Positions 21,931 to 29,899 of a DNA stretch of 64,000 nucleotides are shown piece by piece; positions within the stretch are counted from its first letter, which is position 1, and each line of letters begins with the position of its first letter. The translations under genes were made by a program, and so were the position numbers. The notes beneath the pieces are model-generated. The model ran no database searches. It was not told the origin of the DNA and saw only the letters and a list, made by a program, of their open reading frames with translations. Source of the DNA: an uncultured Acidobacteriota bacterium (GTDB lineage Bacteria > Acidobacteriota > Terriglobia > Terriglobales > Acidobacteriaceae); assembly GCA_963819825.1 (NCBI GenBank), contig CAWFXO010000002.1, positions 219,186-283,185 on the forward strand, read 5' to 3'.

Positions 21931-22003
21931 CCTGCGCGGAACGAGAAATTGTACATGTAGGGACGGGGCTTGCCCTTAGCGAGTACGACTACCGAGATGG
22001 TTG

Positions 22004-22070
22004 TGTAGGGGCAGGTGCCCTCACCTGCCCCACCACGGGTCTGGTGGGGAGCACAGGGCGCCCAGGTCTG
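22004..22070 (+). repeat. REP element copy 3
   Basis: tgtaggggcaggtgccctcacctgccccaccacgggtctggtggggagcacagggcgcccaggtctg belongs to the same family as 14839..14903. Confidence 0.85.
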
Positions 22071-22181
22071 GATGATTTCGTATTCGGCCTGATCCAAGCA
22101 CAGACGTTCGCGGAAGTTTACCCAAACGTGGCCAGCTCAACGAGACTTCCTACCTCAGGTTGCTTTGGAACGACAGTCATC

Positions 22182-22247
22182 CAGAGCAGGTTCCCCGTGC
22201 TCCACTCTGGATTTGTGGTGGGGCAGGTGAGGGCACCTGCCCCTACA
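22182..22247 (-). repeat. REP element copy 4 (inverted partner of copy 3)
   Basis: cagagcaggttccccgtgctccactctggatttgtggtggggcaggtgagggcacctgcccctaca. About 110 nt separate it from copy 3. Confidence 0.85.
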
Positions 22248-22276
22248 CAACCAATTCTGTGGTTGTGACCTGCGCC

Positions 22277-22846
22277 CTAGATTGGTTCCGGGCTGGTATT
22301 CACGGCGTCGGTGACATTGCTGGGATCGTCGGAAAAGGTCTTGCCGGGCTCGAACGCGACTTTCTCATGCTTCGTCCCGACTTTGCGAATGGCATCATGC
22401 CAGCCGTCGTCCCAGGCAATGCGGGCTTCGCCGTCCACCACTGTCCACGTCCCATGGCTGCCGCCGACGGTCTTTGTGGGCTTCGCCGTTCGGCTTCCAG
22501 AGTGATGTAGAAAGTGCCGCCTTCTGGGCTCTCGCTTACCCTCCATTTGCCCACGAAATGATTCCGTCCCGGCGCGAATGACGACACCGGAGAGCTATCA
22601 AATTCAAAACTCTGAACTTCGGACATATGAAAGCTCTTCGGGCCGCCCGCCTTGGTCACCACGATGTCACCGTCTTTGAACTCGATCTTGCTGATCTCAG
22701 CCACGCGAAACGTCTGCCGGTGGCCATCTTTCATCACTACCACCAGCGAACCACGCGCGTCTTTCGACGCCATCTGCGCCAGGCCTGCCAACGGCCGACG
22801 CCAGCAGCAGTATCCCTAACAGAACCGATTGTGCGATTTTGCTCAT
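22277..22846 (-). CDS. hypothetical secreted protein, two compensating frameshifts in the given sequence
   Basis: ATG 22846 follows GGGGAGGAAAT and gives signal peptide MSKIAQSVLLGILLLASAVG. The body is in ORF 22300..22791 (VVVMKDGHRQTFRVAEISKIEFKDGDIVV). The tail is in ORF 22277..22546 (GTWTVVDGEARIAWDDGWHDAIRKVG). No family assignment. Confidence 0.5.
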
Positions 22847-22951
22847 ATTTCCTCCCCGGACATTACGGAACTGATTGCACCGAAAAACCATCTTCTCTAA
22901 TCCATACGGGATTTCGACCGCGTTGGTTCCCTGAATCCACCAAACCAATGA

Positions 22952-24630
22952 TCAGGCACGGCATAGCTCACTGGCCAGTACTTCCCGGCGCTTCAGGGCA
23001 ATCCGGTCAATCCGGCTCAGCAGAAGAAGGTAGCCGGCAACGGCCGGAATCGACAGGGCCAGAAAAACCAAGACCGCGGCCCACAGAGTCGCAAAGTGCA
23101 GGGCCAGAACAATGACGCCAATTCCGGTTCCGGTCATCATCAACTGAACGCCCAGGCTCGCAAACACCGTGGCCGAGGAGGCGCGCTGGCGGCCGAAAGT
23201 TGCGTAGTCGATTCGTTTGGGCGAGTACAAAGACAACAGATTCCCGGTCGAAAAATTGATGGGCGCGGCGAATAGATACCACGCCGCAGTTAAAGCCAGA
23301 ATGACCAGCGGCGGCGACCCGTAGATGACCCGCACCCCCAGCCACAGGAGAAAGACTTCGGTCGCCACAACGGACATGTGGGCCAGGTTCTTGGCCAGCA
23401 CAATCTGGCGGAACGACACCGGCGCCAACAGAAAAAACTGAATGCCGCCGCCGTCCCCGCCAAAGCTGTTGTAAATCATGTTGGTCATCACCAGCAGACA
23501 GTAGGCGGCGCCCGCCGGGAGCGCATAAGCATTCTGCTGGCCCAGAAAACCGCGCCTGCCGCCCCACAGAACGAAAACCACCACCAGCGGCATGATCATG
23601 GTGAAGAGCATGGGGCCGCTGCGCGAGAGATAGCGCAGTTCCTTCTCGAAGACCGCCGACACCGGCCCGGATACCAGTGGCAGTTTCCACCCGCGGCGCG
23701 CGCTGGTTGTTTCCTGCGCCGCCTTACGCTTCTCTCCTTCGGCAGGATTCTCTCCGCGGTACTGGCCGTAAAGCCGCAAATGCAGCAGCCATGCGGCGAT
23801 GCCGGCAAAGGCCGCGAGCATGCACCCAGGAGAGCAACGCTGTAAATTCCTTACCCGAGGCCGCATTCGCGACGCAGTAAGCGGCCAGACCGGGAGGCAG
23901 CGCTCGCTCCACCGGAATGAATCTGGACAGCCCCGCCAGCTTTTCCGGATCAAGGTTACGGGCGTGGCGTCCGATCTGGGAACCGAAAATCTGGAACCCG
24001 ACCATCACCATCAAAAAGAGAACTCCTAAAACTTCGCGGCTGCGGCGGCGCGAGAGCCAGTGTTCAATCCATGCAAAAATCATCCGGCCCAGCAGAATGT
24101 TAAAGACGGCGAAAAGCCCGATTGCCAGCGCCGCCCAGGGTAGAAGTCTTAGGTCAGCCGATACTGATGCCCAGGAATAATCCGGTGAGCCAGAAAAGCC
24201 CCAGCGCGGTCGCGATATCCAACGTTCCGTAGATCACGCGCACCAAAAAATATGCGGAGTACCGCATGGGAAAGCGCAACAGGGCCGACGCATCAAGGTT
24301 CTGCGCGAAGGCCGTCGCCAGCACTGGAAAAACCTGCCAGAAGAGGAAGACACTCCAGAACGGAAGGGCCAGCCACCGCGGGTCCCTTGCTGTAGCCCAG
24401 GATCCAACAAAAAACATTGCCGTGCCACCGCCGCCGCCGATGGCGAGCACGGTCAGTCCGCCGAGGACGCGCGACAGCAGATTCAGTTGGCCGCGGATCG
24501 AGCGCAGTGAGTTGACGATCAGCCGCCAACGCAAGTTCGCAATTGCCCGCAGTTGCCCGCCCGCTGGTGGAATCAGAGCGACCTGATTCAGCCCAGATGG
24601 ATTCGCTCCCGCTTGATCTATCCCAGCCAT
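22952..24630 (-). CDS. multi-pass ABC-exporter permease (family uncertain), 2 frameshifts in the given sequence
   Basis: Pieces 24154..24630, 23724..24083 and 22952..23953 are collinear and hydrophobic throughout. The junction near 24170 restores ...LFLGI/SVSADLRLLPWAALAIGLFAVFNILLGRMIFAW. The start overlaps the end of the ATPase gene. Confidence 0.65.
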
Positions 24631-25409
24631 GAGAGTTCCTGCGGCGCGTTCCGCGACCCGCCAACCGTCTGCAAGAAAAATTCTTCCAGGGTCATTTTTC
24701 CATCCGCATGGGTTGCGTTTCCCGCCGGCACTCCCGAGCGCAACTCATCGAGCGATCCCTGTGCCACCAGACGGCCGTTGTCGATGATCCCGACGTGCGT
24801 GCACAACCGCTCCACAATTTCCAGCACGTGCGAAGTCAGAAAGATGGTGACGCCGCGCGCGATCATGCGCTGCAACATGGTCTTGATCGTCCCCGAGGCG
24901 ATCGCGTCCACGCCTTCGAAAGGCTCATCGAGGAAAAGCACCTTGGGACCATGGATTACCGCTGCGGCCATGGCCAGTTTTTTCTGCATGCCATGAGAGT
25001 AGTCGGTGACCAGGGTCTTCGGCTGGTCCGCCAACTCCATAAACTCGAGCAGTTCGGCAGCCCGTCGCGCGGCCGTGTCACGGTCGAGGCCATACATGCG
25101 ACCGGCGAAGTTTAAGTACTCGCTCCCCGTCAGGCGGCCGAAAAGTGCCATCCCCTCCGGCACCACGCCGATCTGACTCTTCACCTGGGCGAGATGCTTC
25201 TCCAAGTCGAGGCCGAGAATCTGCATGGTTCCCGATGTCGGCGCCATCAGCCCGGTGAGCATTTTGATGGTGGTGGATTTACCGGCGCCGTTGGGGCCGA
25301 GGAATCCATAGAACTGGCCGGGGGCGACCGACAGATTTACATCCTGCACGGCGGTGAAATCCCCGAAACGGCGGGTCAGGCTTTGGGTAAGAATGGCGGG
25401 CGCGTCCAC
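24618..25409 (-). CDS. ABC transporter ATP-binding protein
   Basis: Intact ORF with Walker A GPNGAGKST, signature YSHGMQKKL, Walker B VLFLDEPFEGVD and an H-loop TSH. Confidence 0.9.
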   Translation of the reverse strand: MDAPAILTQSLTRRFGDFTAVQDVNLSVAPGQFYGFLGPNGAGKSTTIKMLTGLMAPTSGTMQILGLDLEKHLAQVKSQIGVVPEGMALFGRLTGSEYLNFAGRMYGLDRDTAARRAAELLEFMELADQPKTLVTDYSHGMQKKLAMAAAVIHGPKVLFLDEPFEGVDAIASGTIKTMLQRMIARGVTIFLTSHVLEIVERLCTHVGIIDNGRLVAQGSLDELRSGVPAGNATHADGKMTLEEFFLQTVGGSRNAPQELSWLG

Positions 25410-25441
25410 GGATTTCTGACTGTATCACAGCTCGCGCGCCA

Positions 25442-25470
25442 TTGACTTGTATATACGATTTTATTATCAT
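25442..25470 (+). promoter_or_regulatory. sigma70-like promoter TTGACT-17 nt-TATCAT in AT-rich leader of vapBC
   Basis: ttgact at 25442..25447 and tatcat at 25465..25470. Repeated (g/c)atatac motifs overlap it and are possible operators. Motif match only. Confidence 0.4.
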
Positions 25471-25495
25471 GCATATACATACGCAAGGCTCAAAT

Positions 25496-25684
25496 ATGGC
25501 AGTGACCATGACATCCATGAGGCTGGACACCGATCTGGCCGACGAAGCGGTGAAGATCCTGGGGGTGAAATCTCGGACGGAAGCGGTCCACCTGGCCCTC
25601 CGGGAAGTTGTCGCTCTGAAGCGCTTCAAGGAACTGATGCGGAAACACGCCGGGAAACTCTCGTTCACGGGCCACGGTGAATAA
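25496..25684 (+). CDS. vapB: type II antitoxin, VapB family (DUF2191-like)
   Basis: MAVTMTSMRLDTDLADEAVKILGVKSRTEAVHLALREVVALKRFKEL. It overlaps the downstream PIN gene by 8 nt. Confidence 0.75.
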   Translation: MAVTMTSMRLDTDLADEAVKILGVKSRTEAVHLALREVVALKRFKELMRKHAGKLSFTGHGE

Positions 25685-26090
25685 TCTCGTTATTTTCGAC
25701 ACTTCGGTTTTCATCGACAACCTGCGCGGAGGACGCCATCAGGGCCGAATCGATTCCCTCACCGGCCTGGTACGGACTTCTGCGGTAGTTCTGGCGGAGT
25801 TGTGGCGGGGTGCGGCCAAAGCTGCGGAAAGAGAATTTCTCCGCGCGCTACAGAAGAATCATCCGGTTTTGACCCCCACAGAAAGGAATTGGCTGGAGTC
25901 GGGGCAGATACTGGGAAGAATTTACGCCGACTCCGGCTCCGGCTTCGGGCCAGACAAGCTGCGTGACCTGCATTTCGATGTGCTGATTGCGCTCACCGCG
26001 CGGTCGCACGGCGCCCATCTCATCACTTCCAATCGCGCGGATTTTGAGTTGATCAAACGTTACCGGAAGTTCCACATCGAAGTGTGGTAG
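25677..26090 (+). CDS. vapC: type II toxin, PIN-domain ribonuclease VapC
   Basis: GTG start. VIFDTSVFID (first acidic residue), AVVLAELWRG, DVLIALTARSHGAHLITSNRADF (PIN C-terminal acidic motif). Confidence 0.85.
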   Translation: MNNLVIFDTSVFIDNLRGGRHQGRIDSLTGLVRTSAVVLAELWRGAAKAAEREFLRALQKNHPVLTPTERNWLESGQILGRIYADSGSGFGPDKLRDLHFDVLIALTARSHGAHLITSNRADFELIKRYRKFHIEVW

Positions 26091-26317
26091 GCCTTCGCTC
26101 GCCGGCCCTCGGGACCCCGGTGCCGCCCGTCACACGCCACCGTGCCCCCGGTCACCGACTCCGCGCAGTCGTGCGCGTAAGGTCGAGCCGTTGCATGATG
26201 CTGGCTGCGAACCGCCGAGCATCGGCCCCTCCACCCAATTGCACAACTTCACCGTGCCGGGACCGCGCGGCGGCAGCTCGCGAGCCGCACCAAATCTTAA
26301 CGAGAAGGAGATCCATC

Positions 26318-26641
26318 ATGTTTGCACGTGTTCTGGAATTCATCCCCAAAGTCGAAAAGAAAGAAGATCTGTTCAAGGTCATCCGCAACGAAGTCTTGCC
26401 CATCCTCAAGAAGCAGCCGGGCTTCCTGGAAATCCTCCCCTTCGTGCCCGAGTCCACCACCGAGAAGACCATCACCGTGACGCTGTGGGCGGAGAAGCGA
26501 GACGCCGAGCGCTATGAGCGCGAAGTGTATCCGAAGGTGGCCGAGATCGTGAAGCCGTATCTGAGCACCGCGATCACCTTCAAGCACTATGTGGTCGAGA
26601 CGTCGGTGTGCCCGAACTTCATGCAGTCGCTGACCGTCTAG
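26318..26641 (+). CDS. small ABM (antibiotic-biosynthesis-monooxygenase)-like ferredoxin-fold protein
   Basis: ATG 26318 lies 8 nt after AAGGAG. MFARVLEFIPKVEKKEDLFKVIRNEVLPILKKQPGFLEI...VTLWAEKRDAERYERE. The upstream part of ORF 26084..26641 looks non-coding. Confidence 0.5.
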   Translation: MFARVLEFIPKVEKKEDLFKVIRNEVLPILKKQPGFLEILPFVPESTTEKTITVTLWAEKRDAERYEREVYPKVAEIVKPYLSTAITFKHYVVETSVCPNFMQSLTV

Positions 26642-26785
26642 GCGGTGTGGCAAGGCCGGAGCTGTCGCCCTCCGGCCTGTCTCCCCTGCGCCGCGTTCAA
26701 GCCGGTTGCGAGCGACCTGACTCGCGCCCGGCGCATCAACATCTGTGTGAGCCCCGCGCAGCGGGAATGCAAGGAGGTAAGAGAT

Positions 26786-27325
26786 ATGAGAACGAAAAGC
26801 CTGATTACGGCGGTTGCTGCAGTGGTCATTGCAATTGCATGCGTTTCAGCGATGGCTCAGGGGGGTGCCTCGCCGAAAGCCGTCGAGCGCATCCAGAAAG
26901 AAGTCCGTCATGAACTGCTGATGCTGCCTTATCTGGGCGTCTTCGACAATCTTGCTTACAAGGTCGATGGCTACAACGTGACGCTCTATGGGCAGGTCAC
27001 GCGGGACACGCTGAAATCCGATGCCGAGAAGGCGGTCAGGAACGTTGAGGGCGTGGAGAAGGTCGATAACCAGATCGAAGTGCTGCCCCTCTCTCCCATG
27101 GACAACCGCCTGCGAATTCGGCTCTATCGCGCCATCTACGGAGACGGAGCCTTGGAGCGCTACGCCATGCCTGTGGTCAAACCCATCCGCATCATCGTGA
27201 AGAACGGGCACGTCACACTGGAAGGAGTGGTGGACAACGAAGGCGACAAGAACCTGGCTGGTCTGCGCGCCAACGGAGTTTCAGGAATTTTTTCGGTGAC
27301 CAACAACCTGGTCGTAGCGAAGTAA
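26786..27325 (+). CDS. BON-domain (OsmY-like) periplasmic protein, two BON repeats
   Basis: ATG 26786 follows AAGGAGG. Signal peptide MRTKSLITAVAAVVIAIACVSAMAQ. Two ...V.L.G.V......AEKAVRNVEGVEKVDNQIEV / VTLEGVVDNEGDKNLA...GVSGIFSVTNNLVV modules. Confidence 0.8.
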   Translation: MRTKSLITAVAAVVIAIACVSAMAQGGASPKAVERIQKEVRHELLMLPYLGVFDNLAYKVDGYNVTLYGQVTRDTLKSDAEKAVRNVEGVEKVDNQIEVLPLSPMDNRLRIRLYRAIYGDGALERYAMPVVKPIRIIVKNGHVTLEGVVDNEGDKNLAGLRANGVSGIFSVTNNLVVAK

Positions 27326-27341
27326 GACGCGGGATGAAGAA

Positions 27342-28595
27342 TCATTCGCTGGTGAAGTAATCCACCGTGACCGGGTTCTCAAATAGTGAATAGTCGCGGG
27401 TCACGACGGTGATACCGCTGTCAGTGACAAAGTATTTCTGGCGGTCGGTCTCGGGGTCGAAGCCGATGGTGGTGCCTTCCGGAATGTGCACATCGCGATC
27501 AACAATCGCGCGGCGGATCCGGCAGTGCCGCCCGATGTTGACGTGCGAAAATAGGATGCTGGAATCGACTTCCGTGTAGGAATTCACGCGCACGTCCGGT
27601 GACAAAACCGAATAACGCACCGTGCCGCCGGAAACGATGCAGCCCGCCGACACGATCGAATCCAGCGCCTGCCCGGTTCGGCCGGCTTCTTCAAACACGA
27701 ACTTCGCCGGCGGATACTGGCGTTGATGCGTGCGGATCGGCCAGGCGGAGTCGTACAGGTTGAAGACCGGTGATACCGAAACCATATCCATGTTGGCCTC
27801 GTAATAGGCCTCTAGGGTCCCTACATCGCGCCAGTAGAGCGCTTCTTTCTTGTTTTCATCCACAAAGTCGAATGAGTACACGCGGTAGTCGTCCATCATC
27901 TTGGGCAAAATGTCTTTTCCGAAATCGTGGCTGGAGTGCTCATCCTCGGCGTCCTTTAGGAGAATGGGGATCAGCACATCAGTATTGAAAAGATAAATCC
28001 CCATCGACGCGGAAACCTTCTCCGGATTGTAGGGAGAGCGGAGGGTGGTGAACGTCGGCTTCTCCTGGAAACCAACCACGCGGTTATCGGGATCAACGTC
28101 AATCACGCCGAAACGGTAAGTCTCGTCCGGATCAATCTGAATCGTGCCCAGAGTCACGTCGGCGGCCGAGTCCAGGTGCTGCTTCAACATCAGCCCATAA
28201 TTCATCTTGTAGATGTGGTCGCCGGAGAGAATCAGCACGTGCTTGGGCTGCTCGGAGCCAATGGAATAAATGTTCTGATAGACCGCGTCGGCCGTGCCCT
28301 GGTACCACTGGTCGCTGACCCGCTTCATGGGCGGCAGCACTTCGACGAACTCTCCCATTTCGCGGGCGACGATGTTCCAGCCTTCGCGGATATGGCGATT
28401 CAGCGACAGCGCTTTGTATTGGGTGAGAATGTAAACCCGGCGCAGGTCGGAGTTGATGCAGTTGGAGAGGGTGACGTCAATAATGCGGTAAATCCCGCCG
28501 AAGGTCACGGCCGGCTTGGCGCGGTCACGGGTGAGAGGATAAAGGCGTTCGCCCGCTCCTCCGGCCAGCAGGACTCCGAGGGTGTCTTTCATCAC
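27342..28595 (-). CDS. glgC: glucose-1-phosphate adenylyltransferase
   Basis: Intact 417-aa ORF: GVLLAGGAGERLYPLTRDRAKPAVTFGGIYRIIDVTLSNCINS, WYQGTADAV, and a left-handed beta-helix C-terminus. Confidence 0.92.
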   Translation of the reverse strand: MMKDTLGVLLAGGAGERLYPLTRDRAKPAVTFGGIYRIIDVTLSNCINSDLRRVYILTQYKALSLNRHIREGWNIVAREMGEFVEVLPPMKRVSDQWYQGTADAVYQNIYSIGSEQPKHVLILSGDHIYKMNYGLMLKQHLDSAADVTLGTIQIDPDETYRFGVIDVDPDNRVVGFQEKPTFTTLRSPYNPEKVSASMGIYLFNTDVLIPILLKDAEDEHSSHDFGKDILPKMMDDYRVYSFDFVDENKKEALYWRDVGTLEAYYEANMDMVSVSPVFNLYDSAWPIRTHQRQYPPAKFVFEEAGRTGQALDSIVSAGCIVSGGTVRYSVLSPDVRVNSYTEVDSSILFSHVNIGRHCRIRRAIVDRDVHIPEGTTIGFDPETDRQKYFVTDSGITVVTRDYSLFENPVTVDYFTSE

Positions 28596-28781
28596 GATCC
28601 GCTATCGCGAGCTGCCGGCGCGCCACCAACCGGATTAGCCGCCTGAATTTGACCTCACTTCGCGGTAATACTAGCACAGCGAACTGGGCAGGGACGCCTG
28701 CCACCGGGCTGTTGCCCGAAAGAGGTCTGTCGGCCATTTACCTTTTGCCATCGAGCACAACGACTGATTACGATTCAGTAG

Positions 28782-29696
28782 ATGCTTGAAGGTTTGTTCG
28801 GGGCTACTTTTCGGCGAAAGACTGGGTATGGGAAGTTGTGGCTGCTTGCGCTGGGCTTGCTGCTGGCCGTCCAGATGCCTGCCCAGACCGCGGGCGCAAG
28901 CTGGGTGAAATGGCAGCCTGCAAGACTAGTCAATGGATCGCCCGTCTTGTTCCAGGTAACCGCTCCCCCAAAGGCTGAATCGCTCTCCGCCTCATGGATG
29001 GGGCACCAGCTGTCTTTTTTCCACCCGGCCGGCGGAAGGCTCTGGTACGCACTTGCTGGCGTCCCCGTCGAGACCCGTCCTGGGCGTTACGATCTCGCGA
29101 TCAAAGAGTCTTCTAACGGCGGCAATGTATCGCTAACCTTCGTGAAAGTTAAGATTGCCTCCGCGGTTTATCCTAAGATCACAATCAAGGTGGCCAAACA
29201 GTTTACCGAGCCGGACCCGGAACAACTCCGTGAGGTCGCTGCCGATAAAGACCTGAAACAGAAGATGTTCGCGGTGGACACGCCGCAGCGCCTGTGGGCT
29301 GGATCGTTCCTGCCTCCTGTTTCCGTACCGATCTCCGATGCCTTCGGCACCGCCCGCGTGATCAATCAGGAAGTAAAGAGCCGGCACCTGGGGCTGGATT
29401 TCGGCGCCCCCAGCGGAACGCCAGTCCATGCCGTAAATCAGGGAACCGTGATCCTCGCCCGCCCCCTGTTCTTCGAAGGGAACTGTGTGGTCATCGACCA
29501 CGGCCAGGGGCTGATGAGCCTGTACCTTCATCTGTCGGAATTCCGGGTCAAAGAGGGCGACGAGGTTGCGCCGCAGCAAGTAGTCGGGCTGAGTGGTGGA
29601 ACTGGAAGGGCCACCGGTCCCCATTTACATCTTGCGGTCCGCTGGCAGGGAGTCTATGTAGATCCAGCTATCCTTCTGAAAATGCAGCTTCCTTAG
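28782..29696 (+). CDS. M23 family (LytM-type) metallopeptidase, secreted
   Basis: Intact ORF with an N-terminal hydrophobic signal. HLGLDFGAPSGTPVHAV and GGTGRATGPHLHLAVR motifs (HxxxD ... HxH). Confidence 0.85.
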   Translation: MLEGLFGATFRRKTGYGKLWLLALGLLLAVQMPAQTAGASWVKWQPARLVNGSPVLFQVTAPPKAESLSASWMGHQLSFFHPAGGRLWYALAGVPVETRPGRYDLAIKESSNGGNVSLTFVKVKIASAVYPKITIKVAKQFTEPDPEQLREVAADKDLKQKMFAVDTPQRLWAGSFLPPVSVPISDAFGTARVINQEVKSRHLGLDFGAPSGTPVHAVNQGTVILARPLFFEGNCVVIDHGQGLMSLYLHLSEFRVKEGDEVAPQQVVGLSGGTGRATGPHLHLAVRWQGVYVDPAILLKMQLP

Positions 29697-29846
29697 GCCC
29701 ACGCGCTTCCATCCCGGCCCGGCCTTGTTCCGTTTTCGTAACAAGACTCAGGTGATTAACCGCCAATCGTAAAACCCATGCTAGAAGTTAACAACTGTCG
29801 CCGGTGTTGGCGTGGGGAAGCGCTGAAGTTCTAGCCGGACGAGGCA

Positions 29847-29899
29847 ATATCGGGACTTGAAGGGCGCCCCCCTGTCAATGTCCCGATATCTTTTTCTTT
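29847..29899. terminator. hairpin (10-bp stem atatcgggac/gtcccgatat, 23-nt loop) followed by CTTTTTCTTT; possible bidirectional terminator between convergent M23 and lhr genes
   Basis: The stems are at 29847..29856 and 29880..29889. The T-rich run 29890..29899 abuts the lhr stop codon. The loop is long, so support is moderate. Confidence 0.4.

Noticed and set aside
26084-26317. The N-terminal 78 codons of ORF 26084..26641 as part of the ABM-like protein
   Set aside because: The composition is Arg/Pro/Ala-rich. A strong AAGGAG RBS and ATG at 26318 begin the recognisable fold, so the upstream part is probably untranslated.
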